DNA of 64,000 nt. Origin: Pirellulales bacterium (GTDB lineage: Bacteria; Planctomycetota; Planctomycetia; Pirellulales; UBA1268). Below the pieces are notes generated by a model, which saw only the letters and a list, made by a program, of their open reading frames with translations, was not told the DNA's origin and did not search any database. How positions within the stretch are numbered: position 1 is the stretch's first letter; each line of letters begins with the position of its first letter. Where the stretch lies: assembly GCA_017853835.1 (NCBI GenBank), contig JAFMIU010000004.1:15143-79142 (forward strand). Direction: 5' to 3'. Below, piece by piece: positions 49,241 to 58,185 of the stretch. A program made the position numbers and the translations under genes.

Positions 49241-49746
49241 TCAACGCGTCCGGGATGCCGGGAGATGGCCTGAAACTCACCCCTCCTCCTCTCCCTGCCG
49301 TTCGCGAGGCGATCCGAGAACGGCGGCTCGCCATGGGATTTGCCGCGGTCGGCATCGCGGTGTTCGTGGTGGCGGCGATCCTCAACCCCTACAACGAGCA
49401 TGGAGCCCCGCTGCGTTTCGGCACGCACCGCCAGCTCGGCCTCCCGGCATGCGGTCTCGCATCGCTCACCGGGGTCGGCTGCCCATCGTGCGGCATGACG
49501 ACGACCTTCTCGCTCCTGGCCCATGGTGACCTCAGGGCCGCGTGGCGGACCAACTGGGCAGGCGTGGTTGTCGCTGGGCTCCTGGGTGTCGGGACCGTCT
49601 GGTTTCTCCTGGTGGCCGCAGGACTGCCGCCAGGGCGATGCACGGCGGATGAGGTGGTCAAAGTGATGACCATGCTCGGCATGGCCGCGGCCACCGTGCG
49701 CTGGCTCGGTCTGCTGGGATGCGCTGGCTGGGCGGTCCGCTCGTGA
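49237..49746 (+). CDS. DUF2752-like membrane protein
   Basis: The start overlaps the upstream stop (ATGA). GCPSCGMTTTFSLLAHGDLRAAWRTN motif with flanking TM helices. Confidence 0.65.
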   Translation: MINASGMPGDGLKLTPPPLPAVREAIRERRLAMGFAAVGIAVFVVAAILNPYNEHGAPLRFGTHRQLGLPACGLASLTGVGCPSCGMTTTFSLLAHGDLRAAWRTNWAGVVVAGLLGVGTVWFLLVAAGLPPGRCTADEVVKVMTMLGMAAATVRWLGLLGCAGWAVRS

Positions 49747-49852
49747 TGTCCATCACGGTTTTTGAGCCGACCGCCGGCATGGCCCGTGGCCCCTCGTGGG
49801 GGCTGTCGGTATGCTGTCGCACCTCGACCACCTCCCACCTCTCGGAACTCCC

Positions 49853-50626
49853 ATGACCGCCTCTCGCACGCAGATCGTCGCCGGCAACTGGAAGATGAAC
49901 CTCGATCGGACCGCGGCCCGCGATCTGGCCGCCGCCGTGGCGGCCCGCGTCGGCGAAGCCGGCACGGCCGAACTCGTGCTCTGCCCGCCGGCGGTCTACG
50001 TCGACACCGTGGGCGCTGCGCTCGCCGCCGTGTCGTCGCCGATTGGTCTCGGGGCCCAAACCATGCACGACAAGGCCAGCGGCGCGTTCACGGGCGAAGT
50101 GGCTCCGCCCATGCTCGTGGATCTTGGATGCCGCTACGTGATTCTCGGCCACTCCGAGCGGCGAACGCTCTTCGGCGAGACCGACGCCATCGTGAATGCC
50201 AAGACCAAGTCGGCCCTGTCGGTCGGTCTGACGCCGATCGTCTGCGTCGGTGAAACCCTGGAGGAGCGCGAGGCCAACCGCACCGCCGAGGTCGTCACGA
50301 CGCAGGTGAAGGGATCGCTCGCCGGTCTGTCGCCGGCCGAGTTGGAGAAGGTCGTCATCGCCTACGAGCCGGTGTGGGCGATCGGCACCGGCAAGGTGGC
50401 CACGCCGCAGCAGGCCCAGGAGGTTCATGCCCTGATCCGTGGGCTGCTCGCGTCGATCGGGTCGCCTGAGGTCGCTTCCAAGGTTCGGATTCAATACGGC
50501 GGAAGCGTGAAGCCCGACAATGCCGTCGATCTGGCGAGTCAGCCCGACATCGACGGTGCGTTGGTGGGGGGCGCGAGCCTCAAGGCCGACGACTTTCTTG
50601 GCATCGCCAAGGCGTTTGGGGCCTGA
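49853..50626 (+). CDS. tpiA: triose-phosphate isomerase
   Basis: [32 protein letters not shown] motifs. Confidence 0.95.
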   Translation: MTASRTQIVAGNWKMNLDRTAARDLAAAVAARVGEAGTAELVLCPPAVYVDTVGAALAAVSSPIGLGAQTMHDKASGAFTGEVAPPMLVDLGCRYVILGHSERRTLFGETDAIVNAKTKSALSVGLTPIVCVGETLEEREANRTAEVVTTQVKGSLAGLSPAELEKVVIAYEPVWAIGTGKVATPQQAQEVHALIRGLLASIGSPEVASKVRIQYGGSVKPDNAVDLASQPDIDGALVGGASLKADDFLGIAKAFGA

Positions 50627-50742
50627 GCCCACGACCCGGGCAGTCTGCGGGCCAAATCCCGGCTGGGGTAGCCCCTTGGCCGGTGTTGGGCTACGCTTTC
50701 CGCTTCGTCCCAGTCGTCCCGTGTCCGGAGCGTGTTCCGTCC

Positions 50743-51192
50743 ATGCCTGCCCTCCTCCGATTTGGCCTCGGTTTTCTCCTCGTTTTTGCCGCCCTCTTCC
50801 TGATCGCACTCGTCCTGATCCAGCGAGGTCGTGGCGGCGGGCTCGCCGGGGCGTTTGGCGGCATGGGTGGCCAGAGTGCCTTCGGCACCAAGGCCGGCGA
50901 CGTCTTCACCCGAATCACGGTGGTGGTGGCAGCCTGCTGGATTCTGCTCTGCATCCTGGCGATCAACGTGCTCAGTCGCGGTAACTCGCTCTTCAGTTCG
51001 TCGCTTGGCAGCACGGCGGGCCAGATGGCTCCGGCGGCGCCCGCGTCGACCGAGGAGACGACCGTTCCGGCCGATACCACAGTGCCTGCAGACGCGGCCG
51101 CCGTACCGCCGGCCACGGAAGCCACCTCGGAGCCTGCTTCGGCACCCGCCGAGACGGCCACGGAAGCCCCGTCCTCGACCGACGCCAAGTGA
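50743..51192 (+). CDS. secG: preprotein translocase subunit SecG (with S/T/A/P-rich tail)
   Basis: [26 protein letters not shown] signature between two TM helices. Confidence 0.8.
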   Translation: MPALLRFGLGFLLVFAALFLIALVLIQRGRGGGLAGAFGGMGGQSAFGTKAGDVFTRITVVVAACWILLCILAINVLSRGNSLFSSSLGSTAGQMAPAAPASTEETTVPADTTVPADAAAVPPATEATSEPASAPAETATEAPSSTDAK

Positions 51193-51199
51193 CGCTTCC

Positions 51200-52084
51200 A
51201 TGGCCCTGAGCATGACGGGCTGCGGGGAGGGAGTCGTCACCGAGGGTGGCAGCACCTGCCGCGTGGAGGTTCGGGGCGTCAACAACAAGCACTTCAAGAT
51301 GGTGCTTCGCACCCGCGACGGCGTTTCGTCGCTCGAGCCTCGCATCGAGGAGGCTGTGCGCCGGCGGGTTCGCCGTGGCACCGTGCAGGTGACGGTTGAC
51401 CTCGCAGGAGCCGCCTCGCCGCCGGCGCGTCGGCTCGACAAGGCCCAACTGGCGGCCTACCTCGACGATCTTGCCGATTTCTGTGCCACCCACGACCTCC
51501 CACTGCCCCGTGATGCCGACGGACTGCTCAGCCTTCCCGGCATTATCGTCGAGGCTCACGCCGACGACGGGGTCACGTCGGCGGCCACCTGGCCGCTCCT
51601 GTCACGGGCCCTGGAGTGTGCCCTCGATGGATTCGTGCAGATGCGACGCGACGAGGGTGAATCGCTCGCGGCCGCGATGCGGGCCACGTGTGACGAGCTC
51701 CGGGGGCATGCCGAGCGGATCCGACAGCGAGTTCCCGACGTGACCGCGTCGGCGCGAGCCCGCCTGCTCGATCGGGTGGGCAAGGTGCTTGCCGAACTCG
51801 GCACCACGCTCGGCGAGGGTGACGTGGCCAGGGAGGTGGCGCTCCTGGCCGAGCGGTCTGACATCGACGAGGAGCTCGTCCGCCTCGTGAGCCACGTCGA
51901 CCAGTTCGTTCGCCTCCTCGGAGATGAGTCTCCGGGCCGGCAACTCGACTTCCTTGCCCAGGAACTCGGTCGGGAGGCCAACACGATCGCCTCGAAATCG
52001 GCCGATGTGTCGATCGCCCACACGGTCGTCGAGCTGAAAACCTGCATCGAACGGCTGCGGGAACAGGCCCAAAATCTGGAATGA
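51200..52084 (+). CDS. yicC: YicC-family stress-induced protein/endoribonuclease
   Basis: MALSMTGCGEG..., VRGVNNKHF, C-terminal EELVRLVSHVDQF...GRQLDFLAQELGREANTIASKS. Confidence 0.85.
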   Translation: MALSMTGCGEGVVTEGGSTCRVEVRGVNNKHFKMVLRTRDGVSSLEPRIEEAVRRRVRRGTVQVTVDLAGAASPPARRLDKAQLAAYLDDLADFCATHDLPLPRDADGLLSLPGIIVEAHADDGVTSAATWPLLSRALECALDGFVQMRRDEGESLAAAMRATCDELRGHAERIRQRVPDVTASARARLLDRVGKVLAELGTTLGEGDVAREVALLAERSDIDEELVRLVSHVDQFVRLLGDESPGRQLDFLAQELGREANTIASKSADVSIAHTVVELKTCIERLREQAQNLE

Positions 52085-52141
52085 CCGGCCGCGGCGCCAG
52101 TCGGCTTTTCAAGTCGCCGCCGACCACGGTAGAACATCGGG

Positions 52142-52750
52142 ATGAATGACGTGCCCGGCAAACTCGTCGTCATCTCCGGGCCGTCCGGAGTCGGCAAGAC
52201 GACCCTCCTCCGTCGCCTGTTGGCTGACCTCCCTACGCTGATTCCCAGCGTTTCCGCCACCACGCGCCCCCCTCGGGCCGGCGAGCGCGACGGCGTCGAC
52301 TACCACTTTCTCGCCCAGGACGAGTTCGACCGTCGGCGGGCGGCGGGTGAGTTTCTGGAGTGCTGTCAGGTCTACGGCCGACAGCACTGGTATGGAACCC
52401 TGGTGGCGGAGGTGGAACCGCGTCTTGCGGCCGGAAAATGGGTCGTGCTGGAGATCGACGTGGAGGGTACACTGTCGGTTCTCCGGCTCTACCCGCAGGC
52501 CATCACGATCTTCGTCGAACCCTCCCGACCCGAGCAGCTGTTCGAACGGCTCAAGGGACGCGGAACGGAGTCGCCCGAAGCGATGGCGCGGCGGCTGGAG
52601 GTGGCCCACCGTGAACTCCACGAAGCCCATCGATACCGCCACCGCGTCGTCAACGAAAACGTCGACGAGGCCCTTGCCGAAGTGAAGCGCATCTTCGCGG
52701 CCGAGGGTTTCGACGACGATCCCGTGCCCGCCGCCAGCCACACGCCCTGA
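52142..52750 (+). CDS. gmk: guanylate kinase
   Basis: VISGPSGVGKTTL P-loop, TTRPPRAGERDGVDYHF, EIDVEG. Confidence 0.9.
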   Translation: MNDVPGKLVVISGPSGVGKTTLLRRLLADLPTLIPSVSATTRPPRAGERDGVDYHFLAQDEFDRRRAAGEFLECCQVYGRQHWYGTLVAEVEPRLAAGKWVVLEIDVEGTLSVLRLYPQAITIFVEPSRPEQLFERLKGRGTESPEAMARRLEVAHRELHEAHRYRHRVVNENVDEALAEVKRIFAAEGFDDDPVPAASHTP

Positions 52751-52784
52751 CGCCCCGAATCACCCCACCTGAGGAGACCCGTCC

Positions 52785-53048
52785 ATGATCGATGACCTGC
52801 GCGAAGAAGAAATCGTCAACAAGGTTGGCGGCCGATTCAAGCTCTCGACCCTCATCCAGAAGCGGCTCGTGGCGCTCAACGCCGGCGGTCGTCCGCTCGT
52901 CGACATCGACTCCGACGACAAGATGCAGATCGTCATCGAGGAGATCAAGCAGGACAAGATCTTCCTCGACACCTCGATGAACCTCAGGATCACCGGCGAA
53001 TCGACCGAGGCCGGCGGTCCGCTCGACTTCGACCCCACCATCCTGTGA
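52785..53048 (+). CDS. rpoZ: DNA-directed RNA polymerase subunit omega
   Basis: 87 aa, NKVGGRFKLSTLIQKRLVAL core, GAGGAG RBS. The gmk-rpoZ synteny is typical. Confidence 0.7.
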   Translation: MIDDLREEEIVNKVGGRFKLSTLIQKRLVALNAGGRPLVDIDSDDKMQIVIEEIKQDKIFLDTSMNLRITGESTEAGGPLDFDPTIL

Positions 53049-53614
53049 GCCTCGCCGGCCGCGAAATCGTGCTGGGGGTGTCGGGGGGCATCGCCGCCTA
53101 CAAGGCGGCGGCGCTCACGAGTTCACTCGTGCAGCACGGCGCCAGCGTCACCGCCGTGCTCACCCGCAACGCACGGCGGTTCGTGGGAGCGGCCACGTTC
53201 GCGGCCTTGACGGGCCGGCCGGTCGTGACGCGGGGCTTCGATCCCGTCGCCCATCCACTCGGCGCGCACATCGAGTTGGCGTCGCGGGCCGACCTCATCG
53301 TCGTGGCGCCGGCAACCGCCGAGGTGATCTTCCAACTGGCCCACGGCTCCGGATCCGATCTGCTTGCCACGCTGGTGCTCGGCGCGGAGTGCCCGGTTCT
53401 CATCGCCCCGGCGATGAATGCGGCAATGTGGCGGAAGCCCGCGGTGCAGCGCAATGTCGCCCAACTGGTCGACGACGGCTTCACGGTGATCCCTCCCGGC
53501 ACTGGGTGGCTCTCGTGCCGTCAGCAGGGTGCTGGGCGGATGGCCGAGCCGCAGGAGATCGAGGGGGCGATCGTGAAGGCCCTCGAAGGGATCGACCCGC
53601 GGTCGAAGGTTTGA
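53045..53614 (+). CDS. coaC: phosphopantothenoylcysteine decarboxylase (flavoprotein, CoaC)
   Basis: ILGVSGGIAAYKAAAL, VAPATAEVI, PAMNAAMW motifs. The GTG start overlaps the rpoZ stop. Confidence 0.85.
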   Translation: MSLAGREIVLGVSGGIAAYKAAALTSSLVQHGASVTAVLTRNARRFVGAATFAALTGRPVVTRGFDPVAHPLGAHIELASRADLIVVAPATAEVIFQLAHGSGSDLLATLVLGAECPVLIAPAMNAAMWRKPAVQRNVAQLVDDGFTVIPPGTGWLSCRQQGAGRMAEPQEIEGAIVKALEGIDPRSKV

Positions 53615-53630
53615 CACGGCGGAGGTGGTC

Positions 53631-54260
53631 ATGGCCCGCATCCTGCTCACCGCCGGCCCCACCCGGGCGTACCTCGACGATGTTCGCTTCCTCTCCAACG
53701 CATCCAGCGGCCGCATGGCGGCGGCCATCGCCACCGCGGCCGTTGCCGCGGGGCATCAGGTGACGATCGTGAGTGGTCCGGTGCCCGTGCGGTATCCGAC
53801 GGCCGCCCGCGTGATTCCCGTCATCACGACCGGAGAGATGATGGCGGCCTCGATGGAGGAACTCCCGCGGGCCGACGGCGTGATCGCCACGGCGGCACCG
53901 TGCGACTTCGAGCCACGCCAGCGGATGGCGGGGAAGATTCCGCGGCAGGGCGACGGGCTCTCGCTCGAACTGGTGCCGACGCCCGACGTGATCGCCACCC
54001 TGGCCCGTCGTGCGAGGCCCGGGCAGTGGTTCGTGGCATTCGCCCTCGAGCCGGGCGCCAACCCGTCGAGGGCCTTCGAGAAGATCGAGGCCAAGCGGTG
54101 TGATCTCATCGTCGTCAACGACGTGACCGCCATCGAGGGCACGCGGACGGCCGTGACCGTCTACGACCGCACCCATGCGACCGTCGGAACCAAGTCGGGA
54201 ACGAAGCGGGCTGTGGCCGCGTGGCTCGTCCGCCTCTTCGACGAACGATTCCCCGGCTAG
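53631..54260 (+). CDS. coaB: phosphopantothenate--cysteine ligase (CoaB)
   Basis: ILLTAGPTRAYLDDVRFLSNASSGRMA, KIEAKRCDLIVVND. ATG preceded by GGAGG. Separate ORF from coaC and in a different frame. Confidence 0.8.
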   Translation: MARILLTAGPTRAYLDDVRFLSNASSGRMAAAIATAAVAAGHQVTIVSGPVPVRYPTAARVIPVITTGEMMAASMEELPRADGVIATAAPCDFEPRQRMAGKIPRQGDGLSLELVPTPDVIATLARRARPGQWFVAFALEPGANPSRAFEKIEAKRCDLIVVNDVTAIEGTRTAVTVYDRTHATVGTKSGTKRAVAAWLVRLFDERFPG

Positions 54261-54353
54261 CGAAGCGGCTCCCGCGGACTCTATAAAGCGTCTGAGCGTC
54301 GTCTTTCATCCCCACCCTCCATTGTCCGGTCGCGTTGCGGTCGGCCCCCCACC

Positions 54354-55364
54354 ATGGTCAAAGTCGCCGTCCTCGGTGCCACCGGCTACACGGCCCTCGA
54401 GGCCATCAAGATCCTGCTCCGACATCCGCAGGCGGAGATCGTCGCCGTCACGAGCCGCCAGGAGGGCAACACGCCGGTGTCGAGCGTGCATCCGAGCCTC
54501 GTGGGCCGGCTCGACCTGCCGCTCGAAGACCTCTCGCCCGAAGAGGTCGGCACGAGAGCCGACTGCGTGTTTGGCTGCCTGCCCCACTGTGCGAGCGCCG
54601 AGATTCTCCCGCGGGTGCTCGCGGCCGGCGCGAAGGTTGTCGACTTCAGCGCCGACTACCGACTCGACGATCCGACCACCTACCTGGAGTGGTATGGGCA
54701 CGAGCATCCGGATGCCGGGCGGCTCGGCACCACCGTCTACGGGCTTCCGGAGCTCTTTCGTGACCGCATCCGCGGAGCGAGTCTCGTCGCCAACCCAGGC
54801 TGCTACTCCACTTCCGCCATCCTGCCTCTCGCCCCGCTGATCAAAAGTGGCCTCTTCGAACTCGACGACATCATCATCGACTCGAAGAGTGGCGTGAGCG
54901 GCGCGGGGCGTCAGCCCAAACTGATGACACACTTTCCTGAATGCAACGAGAGCATGTCGGCCTACAACGTCGGCCGGCATCGCCACACTCCGGAGATCGA
55001 GCAGGTGATCGGCCGGCATGCCGCCGTGCGGCCCACCGTGATCTTCACGCCCCAGCTCGCGCCCATGGATCGAGGCATTCTCTCGACGATCTACATCCGC
55101 CCCATCAAGCCGATCGCCGAGGGCGACGTGATGGCGATGCTCCGAGAAGCCTACGACGGCGAGCGCTTCGTGCGTGTCGTGGACCATCTCCCAGGCACCA
55201 AAGACACCGTCGACACCAACTTCTGCGACATCACCGCCCGCGTCGTCCGCGGACGGGTGCTTCTCCTCAGCTGCCTCGACAACCTCGTGAAGGGTGCGGC
55301 GGGGGCGGCGGTGCAGAACCTCAACGTCTTGTTCAACCTTCCCGAAACCATGGGGCTCCTCTGA
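54354..55364 (+). CDS. argC: N-acetyl-gamma-glutamyl-phosphate reductase
   Basis: VAVLGATGYTALE, ANPGCYSTS (catalytic Cys), DNLVKGAAGAAVQN. Confidence 0.95.
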   Translation: MVKVAVLGATGYTALEAIKILLRHPQAEIVAVTSRQEGNTPVSSVHPSLVGRLDLPLEDLSPEEVGTRADCVFGCLPHCASAEILPRVLAAGAKVVDFSADYRLDDPTTYLEWYGHEHPDAGRLGTTVYGLPELFRDRIRGASLVANPGCYSTSAILPLAPLIKSGLFELDDIIIDSKSGVSGAGRQPKLMTHFPECNESMSAYNVGRHRHTPEIEQVIGRHAAVRPTVIFTPQLAPMDRGILSTIYIRPIKPIAEGDVMAMLREAYDGERFVRVVDHLPGTKDTVDTNFCDITARVVRGRVLLLSCLDNLVKGAAGAAVQNLNVLFNLPETMGLL

Positions 55365-56587
55365 TGGCGATCGCCGACACGCCCTTTCGCGGCCCAGTTC
55401 CCCCCCTGCCACACGGCTTTCGCATGGGGGCCGTGCACGCCGGCATCAAGCGCAACGCCACCCGCGAGGATGTGACGCTCGTGGCGAGCGACCTCCCCGC
55501 CACCGCTGCGGGCGTCTACACCACCAACCTCGTGTTTGCCGCCCCCGTGGCCCTCGACCGATCCCGCACGCCGGGGCGTGGGTTTCGCGGCGTGGTGATC
55601 AATTCCGGCAATGCCAATGCCTGCACGGGAGCCCGCGGCCTCGAGGATGCTCGCACGATGGCGGCCATGGCGGCCAAGGAACTGGGGGCCGACGGGGACG
55701 CCGTGCTCGTGCTGTCGACCGGCATCATCGGGGAGTTTCTGCCGATGGAGACCGTTGCCAAGGGCATCCGGTCGGCAGCGGCCGCGCTCGGATGCGACGA
55801 GAAGTCGGCCTTCACGGCGGCCCGCGGCATGATGACCACCGACACCCGCCCGAAGATCGCAGGAGCCAGCGTGGCCACGACCGCGGGTGGGTGCACGCTC
55901 TTCGGCATGGCCAAGGGCGCGGCGATGATCGGCCCCAAACTGGCGACCATGCTCGGGGTGATCGTGACCGATGCGGCCATCGAGCCCGACGACGCCCAGA
56001 AGGTGCTCGCCGCGGCGGCCGAGGAGACCTTCAACTGCGTGAGTGTCGACGGCCACATGAGCACCAACGACACGGTGCTGCTGCTGGCCAACGGCGCCGC
56101 CGGGGGACCGCCTCTCTCGGGCGGCGATCTCGAGGCGTTCGGCAAGGCCTTGCATGGCGTGTGTGAGACGCTGGCCCGGGACATGGCCGACGACGGCGAA
56201 GGGGCGACGCACGTGATGCGAATCGAGGTCTCTGGCGCGGCAAGCCGCGACGCGGCCCGTCAGGTTGCCCGCACGATCGCCGACAGTCCCCTCGTGAAAA
56301 CAGCCGTGCACGGGGCCGACCCCAACTGGGGTCGCATCGTGTCGGCGGCGGGCTACGCCGGCGTGCCGCTAGATCCGGCCCGGATTCACCTGAAACTCAA
56401 CGGCGTGCCGCTCTTCGAGGGAGGTGCTCCCCTGCCCTTCGACGCCGAGGCGGTGTCGGCTTCGATCCGCGACCACCGGGAAACCCTCATCGAACTGTCC
56501 ATCGGCGACGGCCCAGGCCGCATCCGCTTCTATTCAAGCGACCTCACCGCCGACTACGTGCACCTGAACGCGGATTACCATACCTGA
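55364..56587 (+). CDS. argJ: bifunctional glutamate N-acetyltransferase / amino-acid acetyltransferase
   Basis: The ATG overlaps the argC stop. NSGNANACTG, ATMLGVIVTDA (autoprocessing T) and DLTADYVHLNADY C-terminus. Confidence 0.95.
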   Translation: MAIADTPFRGPVPPLPHGFRMGAVHAGIKRNATREDVTLVASDLPATAAGVYTTNLVFAAPVALDRSRTPGRGFRGVVINSGNANACTGARGLEDARTMAAMAAKELGADGDAVLVLSTGIIGEFLPMETVAKGIRSAAAALGCDEKSAFTAARGMMTTDTRPKIAGASVATTAGGCTLFGMAKGAAMIGPKLATMLGVIVTDAAIEPDDAQKVLAAAAEETFNCVSVDGHMSTNDTVLLLANGAAGGPPLSGGDLEAFGKALHGVCETLARDMADDGEGATHVMRIEVSGAASRDAARQVARTIADSPLVKTAVHGADPNWGRIVSAAGYAGVPLDPARIHLKLNGVPLFEGGAPLPFDAEAVSASIRDHRETLIELSIGDGPGRIRFYSSDLTADYVHLNADYHT

Positions 56588-56590
56588 CGA

Positions 56591-56814
56591 TCGCGCCTGC
56601 GGTGCCATCCTGGCCACCGCAGGCTTACGCCCCCGCTGCGGCCGCAGCCGAGGTGCGGCTGAGCGGGCGGGGTCGCCATCCAGGCGACGAGATCGCGCCT
56701 GCGGTGCCATCCTGGCCACCGCAGGCTTACGCGCCCGCTGCGGCCGCAGCCGAGGTGCGGCTGAGCGGGCGGGGTCGCCATCCAGGCGACGAGATCGCGC
56801 CTGCGGTGCCATCC
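56591..56814. repeat. tandem repeat A: 102-bp unit x 2.2
   Basis: Units start at 56591, 56693 and 56795 (the last partial, 20 bp). Copies 1 and 2 differ at one base. Each unit holds the hairpin CCTGCGGTG-10 nt-CACCGCAGG and the 14-bp palindrome GCTGCGGCCGCAGC. Confidence 0.85.
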
Positions 56815-56837
56815 CCGTGGAAATCCAACGGCGTGAG

Positions 56838-57099
56838 CCGTGGGACCGGAGTGGCGCTGCGTGTGGCGGGTTTGGCTCGGTTCGCTTTCTTGTGCCCAAC
56901 GGCGTCGGATGGGGTGGCGGGCGTATCCCAGGCCTTACGGCCTTGGGCTTGGACGGGAACGCACTGCTTGCTGCGCCGTGGGACCGGCGTGGCGCTGCGT
57001 GTGGCGGGTTGGGCGCGGTTCGCGTTCTCGTGCCCAACGGCGTCGGATGGGGTGGCGGGCGTGTCCCAGGCCTTACGGCCTTGGGCTTGGACGGGAACG
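56838..57099. repeat. tandem repeat B: 138-bp period x 1.9
   Basis: CCGTGGGACCGG... starts at 56838 and 56976, with about 7 mismatches over ~124 shared bp. It contains AGGCC-TTAC-GGCCT. Confidence 0.8.
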
Positions 57100-57266
57100 A
57101 CGGAGTGTTTCCGGGGGCGGCTCCCGCCGACGATCTACCCCACGTCCGCCTCGCTCCGACGGGATGCCGCGCTCGCGGCCGGCAAACCCCCTACAATCCT
57201 CCGAACTTGACGCGGGCCCGGCAAAACGGTTTGCTCTGGCCCGTCACCCCGCCCCCGGATACCCCC

Positions 57267-57590
57267 ATGACGCTCGTCCTGTTTCCCACGTTTGGTTCGC
57301 TGCCTGGTCTCGACGCCCCATGGACCGTGCCGGCCCCGCTGCCGGTCGTTCCTCCGTGCGGTCCCGCCACGATCGTGGCCGCGGGCGACGACGATGAGGA
57401 AGAGGAGCTCGGCGACGAGGAAGACCTCTCCGTGGCCCAGCCACTCGCCGACGACGACTCGACGTTCGACGACTTCGATGACGAGTTCGACGACGACTTT
57501 GAGGAAGAGGAGAACGACCCCGACTGGGATCATCCCGACGAGGGCGATGAGCCCCCGCCGCCGGGCAAGAGCCCAGGCAAGAAGAAGTAA
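57267..57590 (+). CDS. hypothetical protein with extremely acidic low-complexity C-terminal half
   Basis: MTLVLFPTFGSLPGLDAPW... then DDDEEEELGDEEDL...DDFDDEFDDDFEEEENDPDWDHPDEGDE...GKSPGKKK. The start is chosen at the first ATG after the repeat arrays and is uncertain. Confidence 0.45.
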   Translation: MTLVLFPTFGSLPGLDAPWTVPAPLPVVPPCGPATIVAAGDDDEEEELGDEEDLSVAQPLADDDSTFDDFDDEFDDDFEEEENDPDWDHPDEGDEPPPPGKSPGKKK

Positions 57591-57617
57591 AACGTCTGCC
57601 GAGCAAGGGCACGAGCA

Positions 57618-58067
57618 ATGACCGGCCGCGACGCACCGCAGTCCACCCCCGACGATCCGAATGCAGGCCCCCACAGCGCCGGCCGTGGTCGGCGAGGTCG
57701 CGCGCTTCCCTGGTTTGGCACGCTCGGCCAGCTCGACTTCGACATCGATTTCTTCCAAAACCTCGTTTCGCGCGCCCCCGGCTCAATCGAGGCGATCCGG
57801 GTGCTTGCGGAACTCGTCAGCCGGAAAGGCCTGCATGCCCAGGCGGTCAACCTCGACCGTCGACTGGTGGCCCTGCAGCCCGACGACGCGGTGGCCCGCT
57901 ACAACCTGGCGTGCTCACTCGCGCGGGCCGGGAACGCCGACGAGGCAATCGACGCCCTCTCCCGCGCGATCCTGCTGGGGTATGACGACCTGGATCACAT
58001 GGAGTCCGATCCCGACCTCGAGTCGCTTCGGAACCATCCCGATTTCCTCGCCCTGCTCGGCGAGTGA
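57618..58067 (+). CDS. TPR-repeat protein
   Basis: ARYNLACSLARAGNADEAIDALSRAILLGYDDLDHMESDPDLESLRNHPDF is a typical TPR plus C-terminal capping motif. Confidence 0.7.
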   Translation: MTGRDAPQSTPDDPNAGPHSAGRGRRGRALPWFGTLGQLDFDIDFFQNLVSRAPGSIEAIRVLAELVSRKGLHAQAVNLDRRLVALQPDDAVARYNLACSLARAGNADEAIDALSRAILLGYDDLDHMESDPDLESLRNHPDFLALLGE

Positions 58068-58185
58068 CGCCCGCTGGGCCAGGCCGTGGCGGCGAATGGG
58101 GGGAACCCGTCGCATCCGCCTCGGCATCGCCCCTTCAAGACGACTCCTGCTACACTCCTGAGCCAAACGCCCGGAGGAGCCTTCC

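Noticed and set aside
56591-57099. Possible CRISPR array downstream of argJ.
   Set aside because: The repeat units are 102 and 138 bp and directly abut each other with no unique spacers. There are no cas genes in the window. This is a tandem duplication, not a CRISPR array.
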